Virus genome (UHGV): UHGV-0179803
Strand: one strand, 5' to 3'
Length of the DNA stretch: 64,000 bases
From: a virus
Shown here: piece by piece, positions 28,214-39,637 of the stretch
How positions within the stretch are numbered: the stretch's first letter is position 1
Layout: each line of letters starts with the position of its first letter
Notes under the pieces: model-generated
Database searches by the model: none
What the model was told of the DNA's origin: nothing
Seen by the model: only the letters and a program-made list of their open reading frames with translations
Translations under genes and position numbers: made by a program

Positions 28214-28591
28214 ATGGAAATCAAAGAAATGTGTGTCATCACGTTTACATGGGACATTGATGGCTATGCAGACCAAACCATGCGTGTTGTGCTTGACAAT
28301 GAAACCTACGAAATGCGACTGCAATGGAATGAGAGAGATGAGTCCTGGTGGTTATCCCTTGGGGCATTAGGTGATGATCCTTTGGTATGCAGAAAAGTTT
28401 GCAACTGCCAGGACATTCTTGATGGCCTCCATTACAGAGACGATTTGCCGAAAGGTAAGCTGATAGTTCTGTGCTTTAAAGATCAGCTCTACTGGGGCCG
28501 CTGCGGTCGCTACAATATGGGTGCACGTTCTGAGCTGCAACTGGTGTATGGTACACCTGCAAGCCTCTACGATGAAATCTACATGGAGTGA
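28214..28591 (+). CDS. tail/baseplate protein (hypothetical)
   Basis: ORF track; tightly packed with neighbours. Confidence 0.35.
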   Translation: MEIKEMCVITFTWDIDGYADQTMRVVLDNETYEMRLQWNERDESWWLSLGALGDDPLVCRKVCNCQDILDGLHYRDDLPKGKLIVLCFKDQLYWGRCGRYNMGARSELQLVYGTPASLYDEIYME

Positions 28592-28594
28592 TTT

Positions 28595-29629
28595 ATGGCT
28601 GAGTACAGACACAGAACTTGGCGATTACTCTTTGGCAGATGTATTGACGCTAAAAGTAAATCCAAAATAGATATCCCGAAAGCAGTTCAAAAGCGTAATG
28701 AATCAGATTCCGGTGTCTATGAGATCAGCTCCGATACCGGATTCGCCAACATTGAGTTTGATTTGCAGAAAGATAATTCCAAAGAGCCAAACAAAGGCTA
28801 TGTGGTTGTCTACAACTTGTCAGATGATACAGTGAACTATCTTGATGCCCATCAAGCAGATGCTGTTGCTGTTCTGCTTGAAGCAGGCTATGATAACGAT
28901 AACCAGGTTATCTTCTCTGGTACAGTTGAGTTTGTGGAAGATACATGGGATGGGCCAACCCGTAAGACTAAACTGATCTTCGGCGATGGTACAGAGAACA
29001 TCATCAAATGCCAGACAACAAGATCATATGCCAAAGGTACTCCGATGGATACGGTGTTGAATGATCTTTTAAACGATATGAATCTACCCCGTGGACGTGT
29101 GGTTAAGTTCGGCAATCAGACTTTGCAATATTCTATGGCTTTCTCCGGCAACACGGCTGAGAACCTTCGGAAGTTTGCACGTCTCACCAACTCTAATTTC
29201 AGCGTTCAAGATGGCGCAGTTTATTGGACTAAGACGGGTAAACGGTTTAAAGATTCAGTCTATGAGATCAGCGCCGAGACTGGTATGCATGGTTCTCCTA
29301 CACCTAAGAACCCAGAACCTGCTAAAAAACGCAAAACAAAAGCTGCTGCTAAAAGTGGTGGCAAAAGCCCTATCACCGATGAGCAAGCTGGTGTAACTGG
29401 TAAGAAAAAGAAAAATCCGAAAGAGGATGTTGGCCTGACGGTAACTACGGTGCTGAACGGTGCAATTATCCCTGAATCGACAATTTACCTGAAAAGCAGA
29501 AAATACACAGGCTTCTACAAAGTGATCACGGTTCACCACAAAGGACAGTTGGAGTCAGGGTCCTGGGAAACCGAGCTTGGCTTAGGTGAATGCTATGCAG
29601 GTGTAGTTGATGATAGTCAGGAGGAATAA
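28595..29629 (+). CDS. baseplate protein (hypothetical) with Lys-rich segment
   Basis: ORF track; overlapping start with next gene (TAATG). Confidence 0.35.
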   Translation: MAEYRHRTWRLLFGRCIDAKSKSKIDIPKAVQKRNESDSGVYEISSDTGFANIEFDLQKDNSKEPNKGYVVVYNLSDDTVNYLDAHQADAVAVLLEAGYDNDNQVIFSGTVEFVEDTWDGPTRKTKLIFGDGTENIIKCQTTRSYAKGTPMDTVLNDLLNDMNLPRGRVVKFGNQTLQYSMAFSGNTAENLRKFARLTNSNFSVQDGAVYWTKTGKRFKDSVYEISAETGMHGSPTPKNPEPAKKRKTKAAAKSGGKSPITDEQAGVTGKKKKNPKEDVGLTVTTVLNGAIIPESTIYLKSRKYTGFYKVITVHHKGQLESGSWETELGLGECYAGVVDDSQEE

Positions 29630-30309
29630 TGGGAACACTTGCCAGAAAAGATGCAGCGTTTCGTAGTTTCATCGAAGAGACGATGAGAGGCTTCCACACT
29701 TCTGTGAGAGCAAGAGTTGTCTCTGTAGACTACTCCATTCCTTCTGCCTCTGTCCAGCCTCTGGCTGAGACATATTTCGAAGATGATGATGTGGATCGCT
29801 TTCCACTGATTTATGATGTGCCGCTTCAGATGGTATCTGCCAATGGCGGTAAGGCAAGGCTGACATTACCAATCAAACCTGGAGATATCGTTGGTTTACA
29901 GTTCTCTGAGCGTAATGAGAACAACAACGATGATATGCAAACTCATGGCCTGTTCCCTGGGTGGGCGATTACTTCTGTTCATTCAGATGGTAATGCAATG
30001 CCTATTGACCCGGAGAACGTTGAGCTGTATAATGACCAAGTGCATTTCACAATGACACCGAACGGAGATTTTACATTACAGACTCCAGCTGGTACTCTAG
30101 TTGTGGATCAATCTGGTGAGTTCAGCTTCAACAACGGGGCAGCAAGCCTGACTGCTAAGACAGATGGTAACATTGTGATGAATGGAGCCAAGGTTACTCC
30201 TGAGGGGAGAATGATTACTGCCAACGGCGTTGACCTTGACAGTTTCTATCAGGAATACAAATCTCATACTCACAATTGCCCTGACGGTGGTACTTCCGCA
30301 CCTCGTTAA
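29629..30309 (+). CDS. baseplate spike-like protein (putative)
   Basis: beta-rich 226-aa protein with C-terminal His/Cys cluster KSHTHNCPDGG; position in baseplate block. Confidence 0.35.
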   Translation: MGTLARKDAAFRSFIEETMRGFHTSVRARVVSVDYSIPSASVQPLAETYFEDDDVDRFPLIYDVPLQMVSANGGKARLTLPIKPGDIVGLQFSERNENNNDDMQTHGLFPGWAITSVHSDGNAMPIDPENVELYNDQVHFTMTPNGDFTLQTPAGTLVVDQSGEFSFNNGAASLTAKTDGNIVMNGAKVTPEGRMITANGVDLDSFYQEYKSHTHNCPDGGTSAPR

Positions 30310-30320
30310 TAGGAGAAGAA

Positions 30321-31037
30321 ATGGCAACACTATACAACGATTTCTTACTAGACCCTGTAACTGGAGATTTGGATATCCGGTCAGGGTTGCAGATGATAGA
30401 GTCTAATCAGTTGAGCCTGAGACAGAGACTGTATCTACGCTTCAACACATGGAAAGGCAATTGGTATTTCGATGAAACATTCGGTTTTCCCTATATGGAT
30501 TATATTGGCAAAAAGGTAATGAAAACGGTTCTTGATAACAAGATTCGTTCCATTGCTCGGGAGGAGCCGGATGTATTGAACATCATCAATTTCGAATCCA
30601 CAATGGACCGCAGATCCCGCACCTATCAAGCATTTTTCGAGGTAGTCACCAAAGAGAATGAGATTGTCAGGATTGCATTCATAGGCTTCGACCAGTTCGA
30701 ATACCCGCAGCCTGAAGCTGGCTCCACATCTTTGTGTGATGATGAGGGCTGGATTAAGTGGGCTAATAAACTTTATTACCTGATTAACTTCCGTCTACCA
30801 CGTACTGGTGATGCTACATGGTGGAGTGAGTGGGCTGGCCCTGAAATGGAAAACCCGATTCCAGTTGGTTCTCTACTTGCACAGAATAAAGATCTGCTGC
30901 TCACAGATGCTGATCAGACGATTAACAGAAACAACTTCCAGACCATTCCTGATGAACGTGAATTCTCTGGTGTTATTGCGACAACAGATGGTGAAGGTAT
31001 TGCTAACCAATCTGATCGTGGTATTGATGTAAACTAA
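30321..31037 (+). CDS. baseplate wedge protein (gpW/gp25-like, putative)
   Basis: N-terminal DPVTGDLDIRSGL...LRQRLYLRF...FGFPY pattern resembles gpW/gp25-family baseplate proteins. Confidence 0.4.
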   Translation: MATLYNDFLLDPVTGDLDIRSGLQMIESNQLSLRQRLYLRFNTWKGNWYFDETFGFPYMDYIGKKVMKTVLDNKIRSIAREEPDVLNIINFESTMDRRSRTYQAFFEVVTKENEIVRIAFIGFDQFEYPQPEAGSTSLCDDEGWIKWANKLYYLINFRLPRTGDATWWSEWAGPEMENPIPVGSLLAQNKDLLLTDADQTINRNNFQTIPDEREFSGVIATTDGEGIANQSDRGIDVN

Positions 31038-31047
31038 TGGAGATCTT

Positions 31048-31716
31048 ATGGCTGTAGCTTATCCTACAATTCCTATCCCAGATCTTGATGATGTGTCTAC
31101 AGTATTGACAGATGACTTCTTAGTTGTCAACCAGTCAGATGGCACACGCAAGGCTAAAATTAATGACGTACTGAACGATATCGGCATTGCGAAGATTGTC
31201 TACTTCAACGAAGGTGGTCATCTAGATAGCAAAAAAGATCTTGCCTATGACATTGAGACTAACCGTTACTACACCTGGAACGGCGAGTATCCGAAAGTAA
31301 TCCTACCGGACTCCACGCTGGAAGGTGCTGGTGGTGTGAGAGCTGGTGCATGGGCAGTCTTTGGTGAACTCCCAGTAACTGCTTCTGGTGGTATAATTGA
31401 CTACGGTGCCATCGGTGGTACACTAGAACTTGACCTTAAAGTTGCAGATACTTTCATTGTTCGTTTGACTACAGACACCACCCTTGTCTTCGATAACGAA
31501 ACAGAAGGTGTTGAGGGTACAGCGCGTTCTGTTACGATTGTGATTACACAGACTACAGGTGGTAGCAAAATTCACTGGCCTGAGAACATCCGTTGGGCAT
31601 TTGGTAGAAAACCTATTCTTACCTTTACCCAGGGTGCTACTGATATCTTTAAACTTGAGACGTATGATAACGGATTAACGTGGTACGGCTCATTAATCAT
31701 CGCAGGAGCTATGTAA
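31048..31716 (+). CDS. baseplate/tail protein (hypothetical)
   Basis: ORF track; position. Confidence 0.35.
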   Translation: MAVAYPTIPIPDLDDVSTVLTDDFLVVNQSDGTRKAKINDVLNDIGIAKIVYFNEGGHLDSKKDLAYDIETNRYYTWNGEYPKVILPDSTLEGAGGVRAGAWAVFGELPVTASGGIIDYGAIGGTLELDLKVADTFIVRLTTDTTLVFDNETEGVEGTARSVTIVITQTTGGSKIHWPENIRWAFGRKPILTFTQGATDIFKLETYDNGLTWYGSLIIAGAM

Positions 31717-31717
31717 T

Positions 31718-34306
31718 ATGCGTATTCAACACGGCATTGATAACGTATACCAGATGATAGAGGGGCACAGGACGTGCCTCGACAACAACACTGGCCTTAC
31801 AGTTAGCCCAACGAGTCAGAACTTTCTTGTTGATCCTGAACATCTAATCGCCAGCGGTTGGAAGGGTTCCATTATCAACAATGACTGGACGACTCCAGAG
31901 GCCCAGGCTGTGTTGATCCTGGGTTACGTAGAGGTATACAGAGCAACAGAGGATGAGTTCTGGTTAGACAGAGCTAAAACCTGCTGGGATGCTTATGCTA
32001 AACACTTAACAGATAGTTTTGCAGTAGAAGGAAAATGCAATCGTGTTTCCCACTACCCATTAACAGATGACGGTATTCCACAACACGGTGGTTTTAAAGG
32101 GGTAAACATCTCTTTCAGTGAAGGGAGAGCTAAAATACCCTCTGGCTCACCTACCTGGGGTGAGTATCTTGATATTGCAGTTATGGCTTACGATGGTGCT
32201 TTAGGCCGTAATTCTATGAATTCTGATGTGTATGCAGGTACAGATGATGCCCCAAACTGGTATGCGTCTGGTACGAAGTATCCGGTTGATTGGTACATAG
32301 CTTGGGATGGTAACCGTTACTGGGACAATGGTACTATCGCCGATACAGGACATGCTGCTTCTGAGTACGGCACTGTTCAGTTAGCCAGCACTTCGGTTAA
32401 CGGCACACATAAATTAAACTATGCAGTACGTTTACCTGTTGCGCAGGGAGGTAAAGAGATTGAACGTTATGATCCGGTGATCACTTCTCCATGTAACGTG
32501 ACAGCACCTGACCAGCCAAAGCCTGTTGACTCATTGGCGATGTGGTGTGATGCTTGCTATGCACTTTATTCAATCACTTATGAAAGCAAGTATTTTGAGG
32601 CCTATAAGAAGGCCCACAGCGAGCTATTAGCGTACTGCAACCCAAATGCCTATGATATGATTTATAGACGCACCACGGCGATGAGAGCGCCTTTTACCGA
32701 CGGTAATGTGACAATCACTGGCAACAGACCTACACTTACCCGCGATGCTGAAGGTTATATCAATGTTGGCATGGGTGCACGTAGACCGTGTGAAGTTATC
32801 CAGCAAGGTCTGACTTACAAGGTTGACAGAGATTCTTCAACTGTGATTGAGTTCGGTGGTGAGAATGTTTTGTTCCAGCCGTATTTCACTATTGACGACG
32901 GTTATGGTAAAAACATAGAGTACCGTGTCGGTGTCCCGTTTGGTGGGGCAGGTATGCAGGCTAATACTTTCGAGATCCGCGACTTTGTAAGGGTATCCCC
33001 AGAGTTTGGCGACCCCTACCTGCTGCCAAAAGAAGAGAGATTGACAGCCAGCGGTGGTGCTGTTCTGGGTATGGGCTACTCCAGCACTTTATTGGGCCAT
33101 AGTGATAACTACGCTTCACTGAACCTGTCAAGCGGTCAGGTTGTTTTTGATTTTGATGGTGTGAAAGCGCTACGTTCCATTACTTATCAATGCACAGCAG
33201 ATATTGTCAGGATTAATTTCCTTGATAAAGATGGCTGGTTATGGTATACTGATCTACATGGCACAGGTGCAAACTGGGTCACTGAAAATTTATCAATTGG
33301 TGATTTTCTGCTTGAATCTACGCAACCTAATCACTCCGCTGACGAAGTGAAACCCTTCTTTGCCAACCTGAAAGAAGTAACTCAAATTACTCTCAAACTG
33401 GCAACGACTAAGATTGGTGATGGCATTTTCAATCTATACTGTGTAAACAATTTACCAGAGTTCTTTAACTTTGTTGGTGACGTTTACATCGTAAGATTCT
33501 CAATGCATCTTTCATCCCGTGTGGCAGCAACTGCTAAACTCGGCGATTGCTATGTCACAAATTACAAATTTGACAGCTTGAACTATGCACCAGGGGCATG
33601 GCCTACAGGTAAGGTTGCCAATCCAGACAGATACCTGCTGGAAGAAAGACCTGCCTATCCGGTAGCTGGTGAACAGTACCCTGCTGTATTCTGTATGGGT
33701 GAAGAACCTACAGACCTTACAGAGCTTACGAACTGTGTTAAATTCTTGTTTGATGCTCAGCAGCAATACGCAGTCGTATTTGACACAGAAGGCCCTATCT
33801 ACACAGCCTACAACTGGCAGAAAGGTAGCCTGATTGGTGGGTTCATGATGTTGGACAATTCTAAAATGCAAAGCAGAGCATTTGTTGCTGGTTGCAGAGC
33901 ACTTTATGAATTGAAGAAAAATAGAAAACCTGTGGATGAACGTTTAGAGAAATATTGCCAGAAATGGATTGCTTTCCTGAATAGATTCCAGTCAGCGAAT
34001 AGTGGCAGATTACCCACAGATTTCAATACAACAGGTGGCTATTCCAATCAGGACAGAGGTGACAAACAATGGATCACTGCTGAATGGTTAGCTGGTTGTT
34101 GTTATGCAGGTCTTGCAGGTTACACATGGGCACAGATTGACCCGGTGATTGAAGCCTGTATGAATAACTTGCAGAAACATTATTTTGTTAACAGTACCAA
34201 TATTCTCAACGGTTGTTGGGCTAACTCGGATCCTGTAGGTTTCCACTCCGGTGAAATACTGAGAGGTCTGGGCCTTTACGCTCAATATCGCAACTTGTAT
34301 ATTTAA
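31718..34306 (+). CDS. large tail/baseplate-associated protein (hypothetical, 862 aa)
   Basis: ORF track; followed by hairpin GGAGGGCTTCGGCCCTCC before the fiber gene. Confidence 0.4.
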   Translation: MRIQHGIDNVYQMIEGHRTCLDNNTGLTVSPTSQNFLVDPEHLIASGWKGSIINNDWTTPEAQAVLILGYVEVYRATEDEFWLDRAKTCWDAYAKHLTDSFAVEGKCNRVSHYPLTDDGIPQHGGFKGVNISFSEGRAKIPSGSPTWGEYLDIAVMAYDGALGRNSMNSDVYAGTDDAPNWYASGTKYPVDWYIAWDGNRYWDNGTIADTGHAASEYGTVQLASTSVNGTHKLNYAVRLPVAQGGKEIERYDPVITSPCNVTAPDQPKPVDSLAMWCDACYALYSITYESKYFEAYKKAHSELLAYCNPNAYDMIYRRTTAMRAPFTDGNVTITGNRPTLTRDAEGYINVGMGARRPCEVIQQGLTYKVDRDSSTVIEFGGENVLFQPYFTIDDGYGKNIEYRVGVPFGGAGMQANTFEIRDFVRVSPEFGDPYLLPKEERLTASGGAVLGMGYSSTLLGHSDNYASLNLSSGQVVFDFDGVKALRSITYQCTADIVRINFLDKDGWLWYTDLHGTGANWVTENLSIGDFLLESTQPNHSADEVKPFFANLKEVTQITLKLATTKIGDGIFNLYCVNNLPEFFNFVGDVYIVRFSMHLSSRVAATAKLGDCYVTNYKFDSLNYAPGAWPTGKVANPDRYLLEERPAYPVAGEQYPAVFCMGEEPTDLTELTNCVKFLFDAQQQYAVVFDTEGPIYTAYNWQKGSLIGGFMMLDNSKMQSRAFVAGCRALYELKKNRKPVDERLEKYCQKWIAFLNRFQSANSGRLPTDFNTTGGYSNQDRGDKQWITAEWLAGCCYAGLAGYTWAQIDPVIEACMNNLQKHYFVNSTNILNGCWANSDPVGFHSGEILRGLGLYAQYRNLYI

Positions 34307-34341
34307 TCTGGAGGGCTTCGGCCCTCCTAACAGGAGAAACA

Positions 34342-37300
34342 ATGGCAGATGTGAAACTTGTCAGGATTGAGTCCTTGCCTGTAACCACAGAAGTCAACAA
34401 AGAAGAAGACTTTCTGATCGTTCAGCAACCAGACCTCACCCGCAGAACTTCAGTGAAAGATCTGATGGCAGGTGATCCGACTCTCTCCCACGTTGTTAAC
34501 TTCCATGACGGTGGCACCTTGAATGGTCCGATGGACTTCTGCTACTACGAGGAAGAAGATTTATACTTACGCTGGACAGGGGGATTCCCGCATACTGTAC
34601 CTTCATTATCAAGCCCATACGAAGATGGTGACATAACCGATGGTGCATGGGCAGTTTACACTGACCCGTCTTTACGTGACGAGTTAGGTTCCACAATCGG
34701 TGCTTCCCTGGTGTTGACTGAAGATGGTAGAACCATCCAGGATACTATGGATGAAGCTATTGATGCTGCTTTTGAAGCTGTACGTGTGCTGAATGGCCTG
34801 AGCTTTGAAAGAGTGACTGTTGTATCGGATGCTAACTACCTCGAAGGCTATGCAGGCCACATCGTAATGGATGAAAAAGCAACGGTTCATTTCCCTGACG
34901 TTGCAAGAGGTGAAGGCACCTTGAACGGTTTTGTATCGAAAGTTGTGGAAACAGACACTTCTAACGTGTACGAAGCTATTATGCAGGGTGGCACAACTGG
35001 GGCGATCTACACCATCCGTGTTTCTGAAGAAGAACACAAAGCGGTATGCCACAGACATGCATTGAAATCTGAATTGAGTCGTTATGACCAAACCAATCCG
35101 ACTCGCACAGTAATCAAAGCTGGCGATGATGCTAACGCATCCTACTTACAACTTGATGCAACTGGTCGTTGGGGTGTATGGAATCCTTCCATAACCAACT
35201 GGCAACCGTTAGCTATGGAACAAGGTGGTACAGGGGTTCGTGATGCTGCTACGTTCCGTCGTAACTTCGCAGTATTTCACAGATCTCATACTGCACTGGA
35301 AGCTGATTTCAATATCAATAACCTGAAAGGTAATGATGCTGGTGTTTACTATCAGCCTATGTCAGCTCTTGCTACTACTGCTAACGGTTATCCTTGCCAA
35401 CAGGCAGGTGTATTGATTGTATTACAGAACAATGCTAACGGAGGAGATGGTTGCCGTCAGGAATATCATCCGTTCAATACTGAGGATACCTACTATTCTC
35501 GCTGGTACAATGCGGGTGAAAAAACATGGCAAGCGTGGGTAACCTGGGCAAGACCCGTGAACACTAACAGCTTCCGTGAGCGGATAGGGATTGGTGCAGG
35601 TAACTCCCCTAGCTTTAGTAATCTGTATTTGAGAGCTGTAACAGACGACAAAGGTGCTTCTGGTATCCTGAATGGTACTAAATATAAAGCAGATGGTACG
35701 ACAGAAGAGCACGGTTTCCGTATTTACTCTGAAGTCCGCAAGGATAATAAAACTTGGTTAACCTTCCACCTGAAAACAGGTCCAGAAGGTAATCAACTTC
35801 ACAAATACCTCGGCTTAAGCGAAGATGGTAATTTTGAAGTTCCGAACAATATTGCTTGTAATACTTTCGCAGTACGTGATCTGAATACAACCCGTAATAC
35901 TTTACAGGTTAACAGATTTGTACAGGCAGGTTCTGAAACTGCCGTCAACAACCCAACAAACACTGCTAAACTGATCATCACAGAGGGTAAACTTTGGGGT
36001 GCTTACGATATTGCCAACAGTTCTTACATCCCGCTGGCAATAGGCCAGGGTGGTACAGGCGCAAGAGATGCAAATACAGCCTGGGCCAATCTAGGTGGTA
36101 AGGCTCTGGGTAAACTTGACAGCATTGCATTGACCGATAATAAGATCACTGGTGTGCTGCCTGTGTCTAAAGGTGGTACAGGTGCTACAAACGTTAACGG
36201 CATTAAGAGCAGCTTAGGTGTTAACCGTTTAGTCAACTCAAGTGCAGAACGCACCATTGTACAGTCTACGGATGTACAAGGTGACGGCTGCTATCTGCAA
36301 GTCGATAAAGGTGGTCAATGGGGCTGCTTCAACCCAGTAGCTGGTAACTGGCAGGCTTTATCTATTGCTCAAGGCGGTACTGGGGCCAAAGACGCAGCCA
36401 CTGCATGGACCAATTTAGGTGGTCGTGCACTAGGTAAAATGGATTCTATCGGCTTAACCGATGGTAAAATTACAGGTGTACTCCCAGTAAGCAAAGGTGG
36501 TACTGGTTGCGTATCTGATACGGAAGTTAAAGCATGGTTAGAACGCATAGGTATCTCCGGCGGCGGTGAAGGTGGTGGCAGTACAGGTACAGGCGGTTCT
36601 GCTGTAAACACGACACCTTTCGTAATTCAGAAACCTGATGGTGCGGAAGATGGTAAATATTACCCTGTCATTATTAATACATCTGAGGTAAACGCTTCAA
36701 TTGGTACAGACCTCCTTGTTAGTACCAGATCCTCGGTAGGCACTGATCCTATGAACTGTTCTACCTTGAGATGCTGGTATCGTACTGGCGGTTGGACAGA
36801 TAGAGGTGATTCTGCCTATGGTATGATCTCCTTCTACCAGAGTGAAGTGTCCATTTTAGGTTTGCTTGTTCCTACTCGTGGTCAGACAAACTATGCCGCT
36901 ATTTATGTGCATGAAAAAGCGTTCCCTATCTACGTTTATGCAAGTGCTGCGGTGACAGATGTTTGTGCCTATGCTGAAGACTTTGTAGCCAGTACTCCTA
37001 CAGATGGTCGAGATGGGGTTGTGTATAAAGCGGGTATTACAGATATCCACGAAGCAATTTTGGGTGATAATATAACCAACACTCGTCCACTTTTTGACTT
37101 TACTGGTGGTGTAAGCGGGTTCTACTGCAACCAATGGATGTACCGTGGCACCAAAGACAAATGGTTCTTGCAGAACAAAACAGAGATGGGTGAAACCGAA
37201 CTCTGGTATAATGGTCTGAAATACATCTGCCCAGGTAGCCAGACAGCCCGTAAAGCTCTGGAATCTAACGCAGGTTTCATGACGAAATCTGAGGGTACGG

Positions 37301-39012
37301 AAGATTTAATCAACGCCACGTTTACCTCTAAATGCGGTAACTTAGGTCAGGCTGAATTCCGTGCAACAAACAGTGCTGGTCAGATCATTGTTCGTGATAT
37401 GGCAGGTACTGCTCATAAATTCTGGAACTTTAATCCTGACGGCACTTTTAACTCACCTAGCGGTTTTGTTTGTCAGACAGGTGGTGACTGGAACAACCAG
37501 TTCGGGAACAATAACCCATGTAAAGTAATGGCTGGTAGCGCCAACGGGCCTGAAGGTTCGATGGTTGTCGGTGGGCTGTCTGTATCATTCTCTGGAAACT
37601 ATGCTTTCCAGATGGCTGGTCGCCTTGATCAGTTGTATACCAGATCCATTGAAGCTGGTAACCATAGAGCATGGAATAGGGTCTTAACTCACAAAGGTGT
37701 AGGACTTGACACTACAGACCTGGACGCTTATGATGGTACTCGTGAGGGTATTTACCACCAACAAAAAGATGCCGAATGTACATCTGGAAGGCATTACCCA
37801 GCACCATACGCTGGTACTCTAATTGTTTACCAGAACAATGCAAACAATACGAAAGGCTGCGTACAGGAGTACATCACACGTTTTGGTGACAGATATACTC
37901 GTGTTGGTAACATGGATAGAACTGGGTCCACTTTTATGTGGGAAGTTTGGCGGCATGATTCTGGTAAAGCTATCCAGCTACGCCCGAATCGTAATGTTGA
38001 TGAAACAGACAAAGAGTTGCTCATTCATGTTGGTGGTTCTGACAATCCCAGCAACAACACTAGCTTACCTGCTAATAACGCTAGACTGTTCTATTGGGGT
38101 AACGGTAATGATCGTAAGAACGTTCTGGAATTACAAATCGCAGGTACTGATGATGCCGAGCAGGGTATTTCTAATTGGGTATTCCATTGTGGTACTTTAG
38201 ATGATAACTTGCATAAATACTTCTCAGTAAACGGTAACATTAATGGTCAAACCATTACAGCAAGTAAGTTCATGACTACGGACGGTACTGACCTCGCTGC
38301 TGGAGCAGGTGTTCCAGTCGGTGTTCCGCTACCGTGGCCTACTGACACAGCACCTGACGGTTATGTTATCATGGCTGGGCAGGAATTTGATAAAGCTGCT
38401 TACCCCCAATTGGCTGCTGCGTATCCGAGTGGGGTTCTCCCTGACATGCGTGGTCAGACCATTAAAGGTAAACCAGCCACTGGTCGTACTGTTCTGTCAA
38501 CCGAAGCTGACGGTGTGAAATCCCACACCCACGGTGCAAGTTCCAACAGTGTGGATCTTGGTACTAAAACTACCTCTGGGTTTGACTATGGTAGTAAAGA
38601 CACCAGTGAGAGCGGTTGGCACGGTCACGGCCTCAGTGGTAGTGTTGCTTCTGGTGGTGCTCACCAACACGTAAGATCTGGTCCCCGCACGATAGGTAGT
38701 TTTGCTGACGATGTTTTTGCAGACGGGTATACTCTTGAAAGTGCAAACGCCTATGGTAAACTCACCCAGTATGGGTCAGGTACAGCTGCAACAAAAGTAG
38801 CCAAAACATCTAACGATGGTGCCCACAGTCACACCATGAGTGGTGCTTCTATCAGCGGAGCTGGGAATCACACCCACACAGTGGGTATTGGTTCACACAG
38901 CCATACGGTAGGTATTGGTGCTCACAGCCACACAATCACAGTTAATAGCACGGGTAACACGGAAAACACTGTTAAAAACGTGGCATTTAACTACATTGTG
39001 CGTTTAGCGTAA
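34342..39012 (+). CDS. long tail fiber protein with lambda Stf / T4 gp37-type distal domain
   Basis: C-terminus PLPWPTD...[43 protein letters not shown]...SHTHG...GAHSHT...[47 protein letters not shown] matches the His-x-His repeat receptor-binding tip of lambda Stf-type fibers; RBS AGGAGAAACA. Confidence 0.8.
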   Translation: MADVKLVRIESLPVTTEVNKEEDFLIVQQPDLTRRTSVKDLMAGDPTLSHVVNFHDGGTLNGPMDFCYYEEEDLYLRWTGGFPHTVPSLSSPYEDGDITDGAWAVYTDPSLRDELGSTIGASLVLTEDGRTIQDTMDEAIDAAFEAVRVLNGLSFERVTVVSDANYLEGYAGHIVMDEKATVHFPDVARGEGTLNGFVSKVVETDTSNVYEAIMQGGTTGAIYTIRVSEEEHKAVCHRHALKSELSRYDQTNPTRTVIKAGDDANASYLQLDATGRWGVWNPSITNWQPLAMEQGGTGVRDAATFRRNFAVFHRSHTALEADFNINNLKGNDAGVYYQPMSALATTANGYPCQQAGVLIVLQNNANGGDGCRQEYHPFNTEDTYYSRWYNAGEKTWQAWVTWARPVNTNSFRERIGIGAGNSPSFSNLYLRAVTDDKGASGILNGTKYKADGTTEEHGFRIYSEVRKDNKTWLTFHLKTGPEGNQLHKYLGLSEDGNFEVPNNIACNTFAVRDLNTTRNTLQVNRFVQAGSETAVNNPTNTAKLIITEGKLWGAYDIANSSYIPLAIGQGGTGARDANTAWANLGGKALGKLDSIALTDNKITGVLPVSKGGTGATNVNGIKSSLGVNRLVNSSAERTIVQSTDVQGDGCYLQVDKGGQWGCFNPVAGNWQALSIAQGGTGAKDAATAWTNLGGRALGKMDSIGLTDGKITGVLPVSKGGTGCVSDTEVKAWLERIGISGGGEGGGSTGTGGSAVNTTPFVIQKPDGAEDGKYYPVIINTSEVNASIGTDLLVSTRSSVGTDPMNCSTLRCWYRTGGWTDRGDSAYGMISFYQSEVSILGLLVPTRGQTNYAAIYVHEKAFPIYVYASAAVTDVCAYAEDFVASTPTDGRDGVVYKAGITDIHEAILGDNITNTRPLFDFTGGVSGFYCNQWMYRGTKDKWFLQNKTEMGETELWYNGLKYICPGSQTARKALESNAGFMTKSEGTEDLINATFTSKCGNLGQAEFRATNSAGQIIVRDMAGTAHKFWNFNPDGTFNSPSGFVCQTGGDWNNQFGNNNPCKVMAGSANGPEGSMVVGGLSVSFSGNYAFQMAGRLDQLYTRSIEAGNHRAWNRVLTHKGVGLDTTDLDAYDGTREGIYHQQKDAECTSGRHYPAPYAGTLIVYQNNANNTKGCVQEYITRFGDRYTRVGNMDRTGSTFMWEVWRHDSGKAIQLRPNRNVDETDKELLIHVGGSDNPSNNTSLPANNARLFYWGNGNDRKNVLELQIAGTDDAEQGISNWVFHCGTLDDNLHKYFSVNGNINGQTITASKFMTTDGTDLAAGAGVPVGVPLPWPTDTAPDGYVIMAGQEFDKAAYPQLAAAYPSGVLPDMRGQTIKGKPATGRTVLSTEADGVKSHTHGASSNSVDLGTKTTSGFDYGSKDTSESGWHGHGLSGSVASGGAHQHVRSGPRTIGSFADDVFADGYTLESANAYGKLTQYGSGTAATKVAKTSNDGAHSHTMSGASISGAGNHTHTVGIGSHSHTVGIGAHSHTITVNSTGNTENTVKNVAFNYIVRLA
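36031..36530 (+). repeat. tandem internal duplication (~100 codons) within the tail fiber gene
   Basis: [51 protein letters not shown] repeated as [51 protein letters not shown]; also seen at nucleotide level. Confidence 0.7.
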
Positions 39013-39095
39013 CAGAAAGGAGAGGATTGCATGAGAACGTTAATCCTCTCTGCTGTTGCAGAGATTAACAAATGCTTCAATCATGAGGGTTAATT

Positions 39096-39551
39096 ATGGC
39101 TTTTGAAATGTCAGATGAAATGCAAGTTGTTCACGTTTACAATGTGACAAATGACACATTTGCCTTCGTGGACGAAGCAGATGTACAAATTCCACCACAC
39201 ACTGGGTTGCCTGCACTGTGCACAACAATTGCTCCACCAGATGTAATCCCTGAAGGCCAGATGGCAATCTTTGATTTTGAGTTGGAAGAGTGGACTCTGG
39301 TGGATTATTTTGATGAAGCAATGGAAGCTGCAATTATGCCTCTGTCTTTGGAAATGGAAGAACCGGAGATTGCAGAGCCAAGCGCAGAACAATTAATGAT
39401 TGCAGAGCAGGAAGCTAAGCTGATTGAAGCACAGAACAGGATTGCTGAGCTGGAAGAACAAGTGGCGAGTTTGCAACGTGTGAACGACCTTGAGAAAAAT
39501 CTTGAGGAGCTTACTCGTATGGTTGAAAAACTGCGTAACAAGGAAGAATAA
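39096..39551 (+). CDS. tail fiber assembly protein (Tfa-like N-terminal domain) with coiled-coil C-terminus
   Basis: N-terminus MAFEMSDEMQVVHVYNVTNDTFAFVDEADVQIPPHTGLPA resembles lambda Tfa / T4 gp38-family N-terminal domain; directly follows the fiber gene. Confidence 0.65.
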   Translation: MAFEMSDEMQVVHVYNVTNDTFAFVDEADVQIPPHTGLPALCTTIAPPDVIPEGQMAIFDFELEEWTLVDYFDEAMEAAIMPLSLEMEEPEIAEPSAEQLMIAEQEAKLIEAQNRIAELEEQVASLQRVNDLEKNLEELTRMVEKLRNKEE

Positions 39552-39576
39552 AATTTAAGTTTCTCCTGATACATTA

Positions 39577-39598
39577 CCCCGCTTCGGCGGGGTTTTTT
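39577..39598 (+). terminator. rho-independent terminator (UUCG tetraloop)
   Basis: CCCCGCTTCGGCGGGG then TTTTTTG. Confidence 0.6.
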
Positions 39599-39608
39599 GT
39601 ATCTGTAA

Positions 39609-39637
39609 TTGACTATTTCGCTGTTTTTTGGTAAAAT
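39609..39637 (+). promoter_or_regulatory. sigma70-like promoter with extended -10
   Basis: TTGACT-17 nt-TAAAAT preceded by TGG. Confidence 0.4.

Noticed and set aside
35422-37672. Several minus-strand ORFs inside the 1556-aa tail fiber gene
   Set aside because: Antisense to a gene with clear homology-like motifs and internal repeats; no start context.
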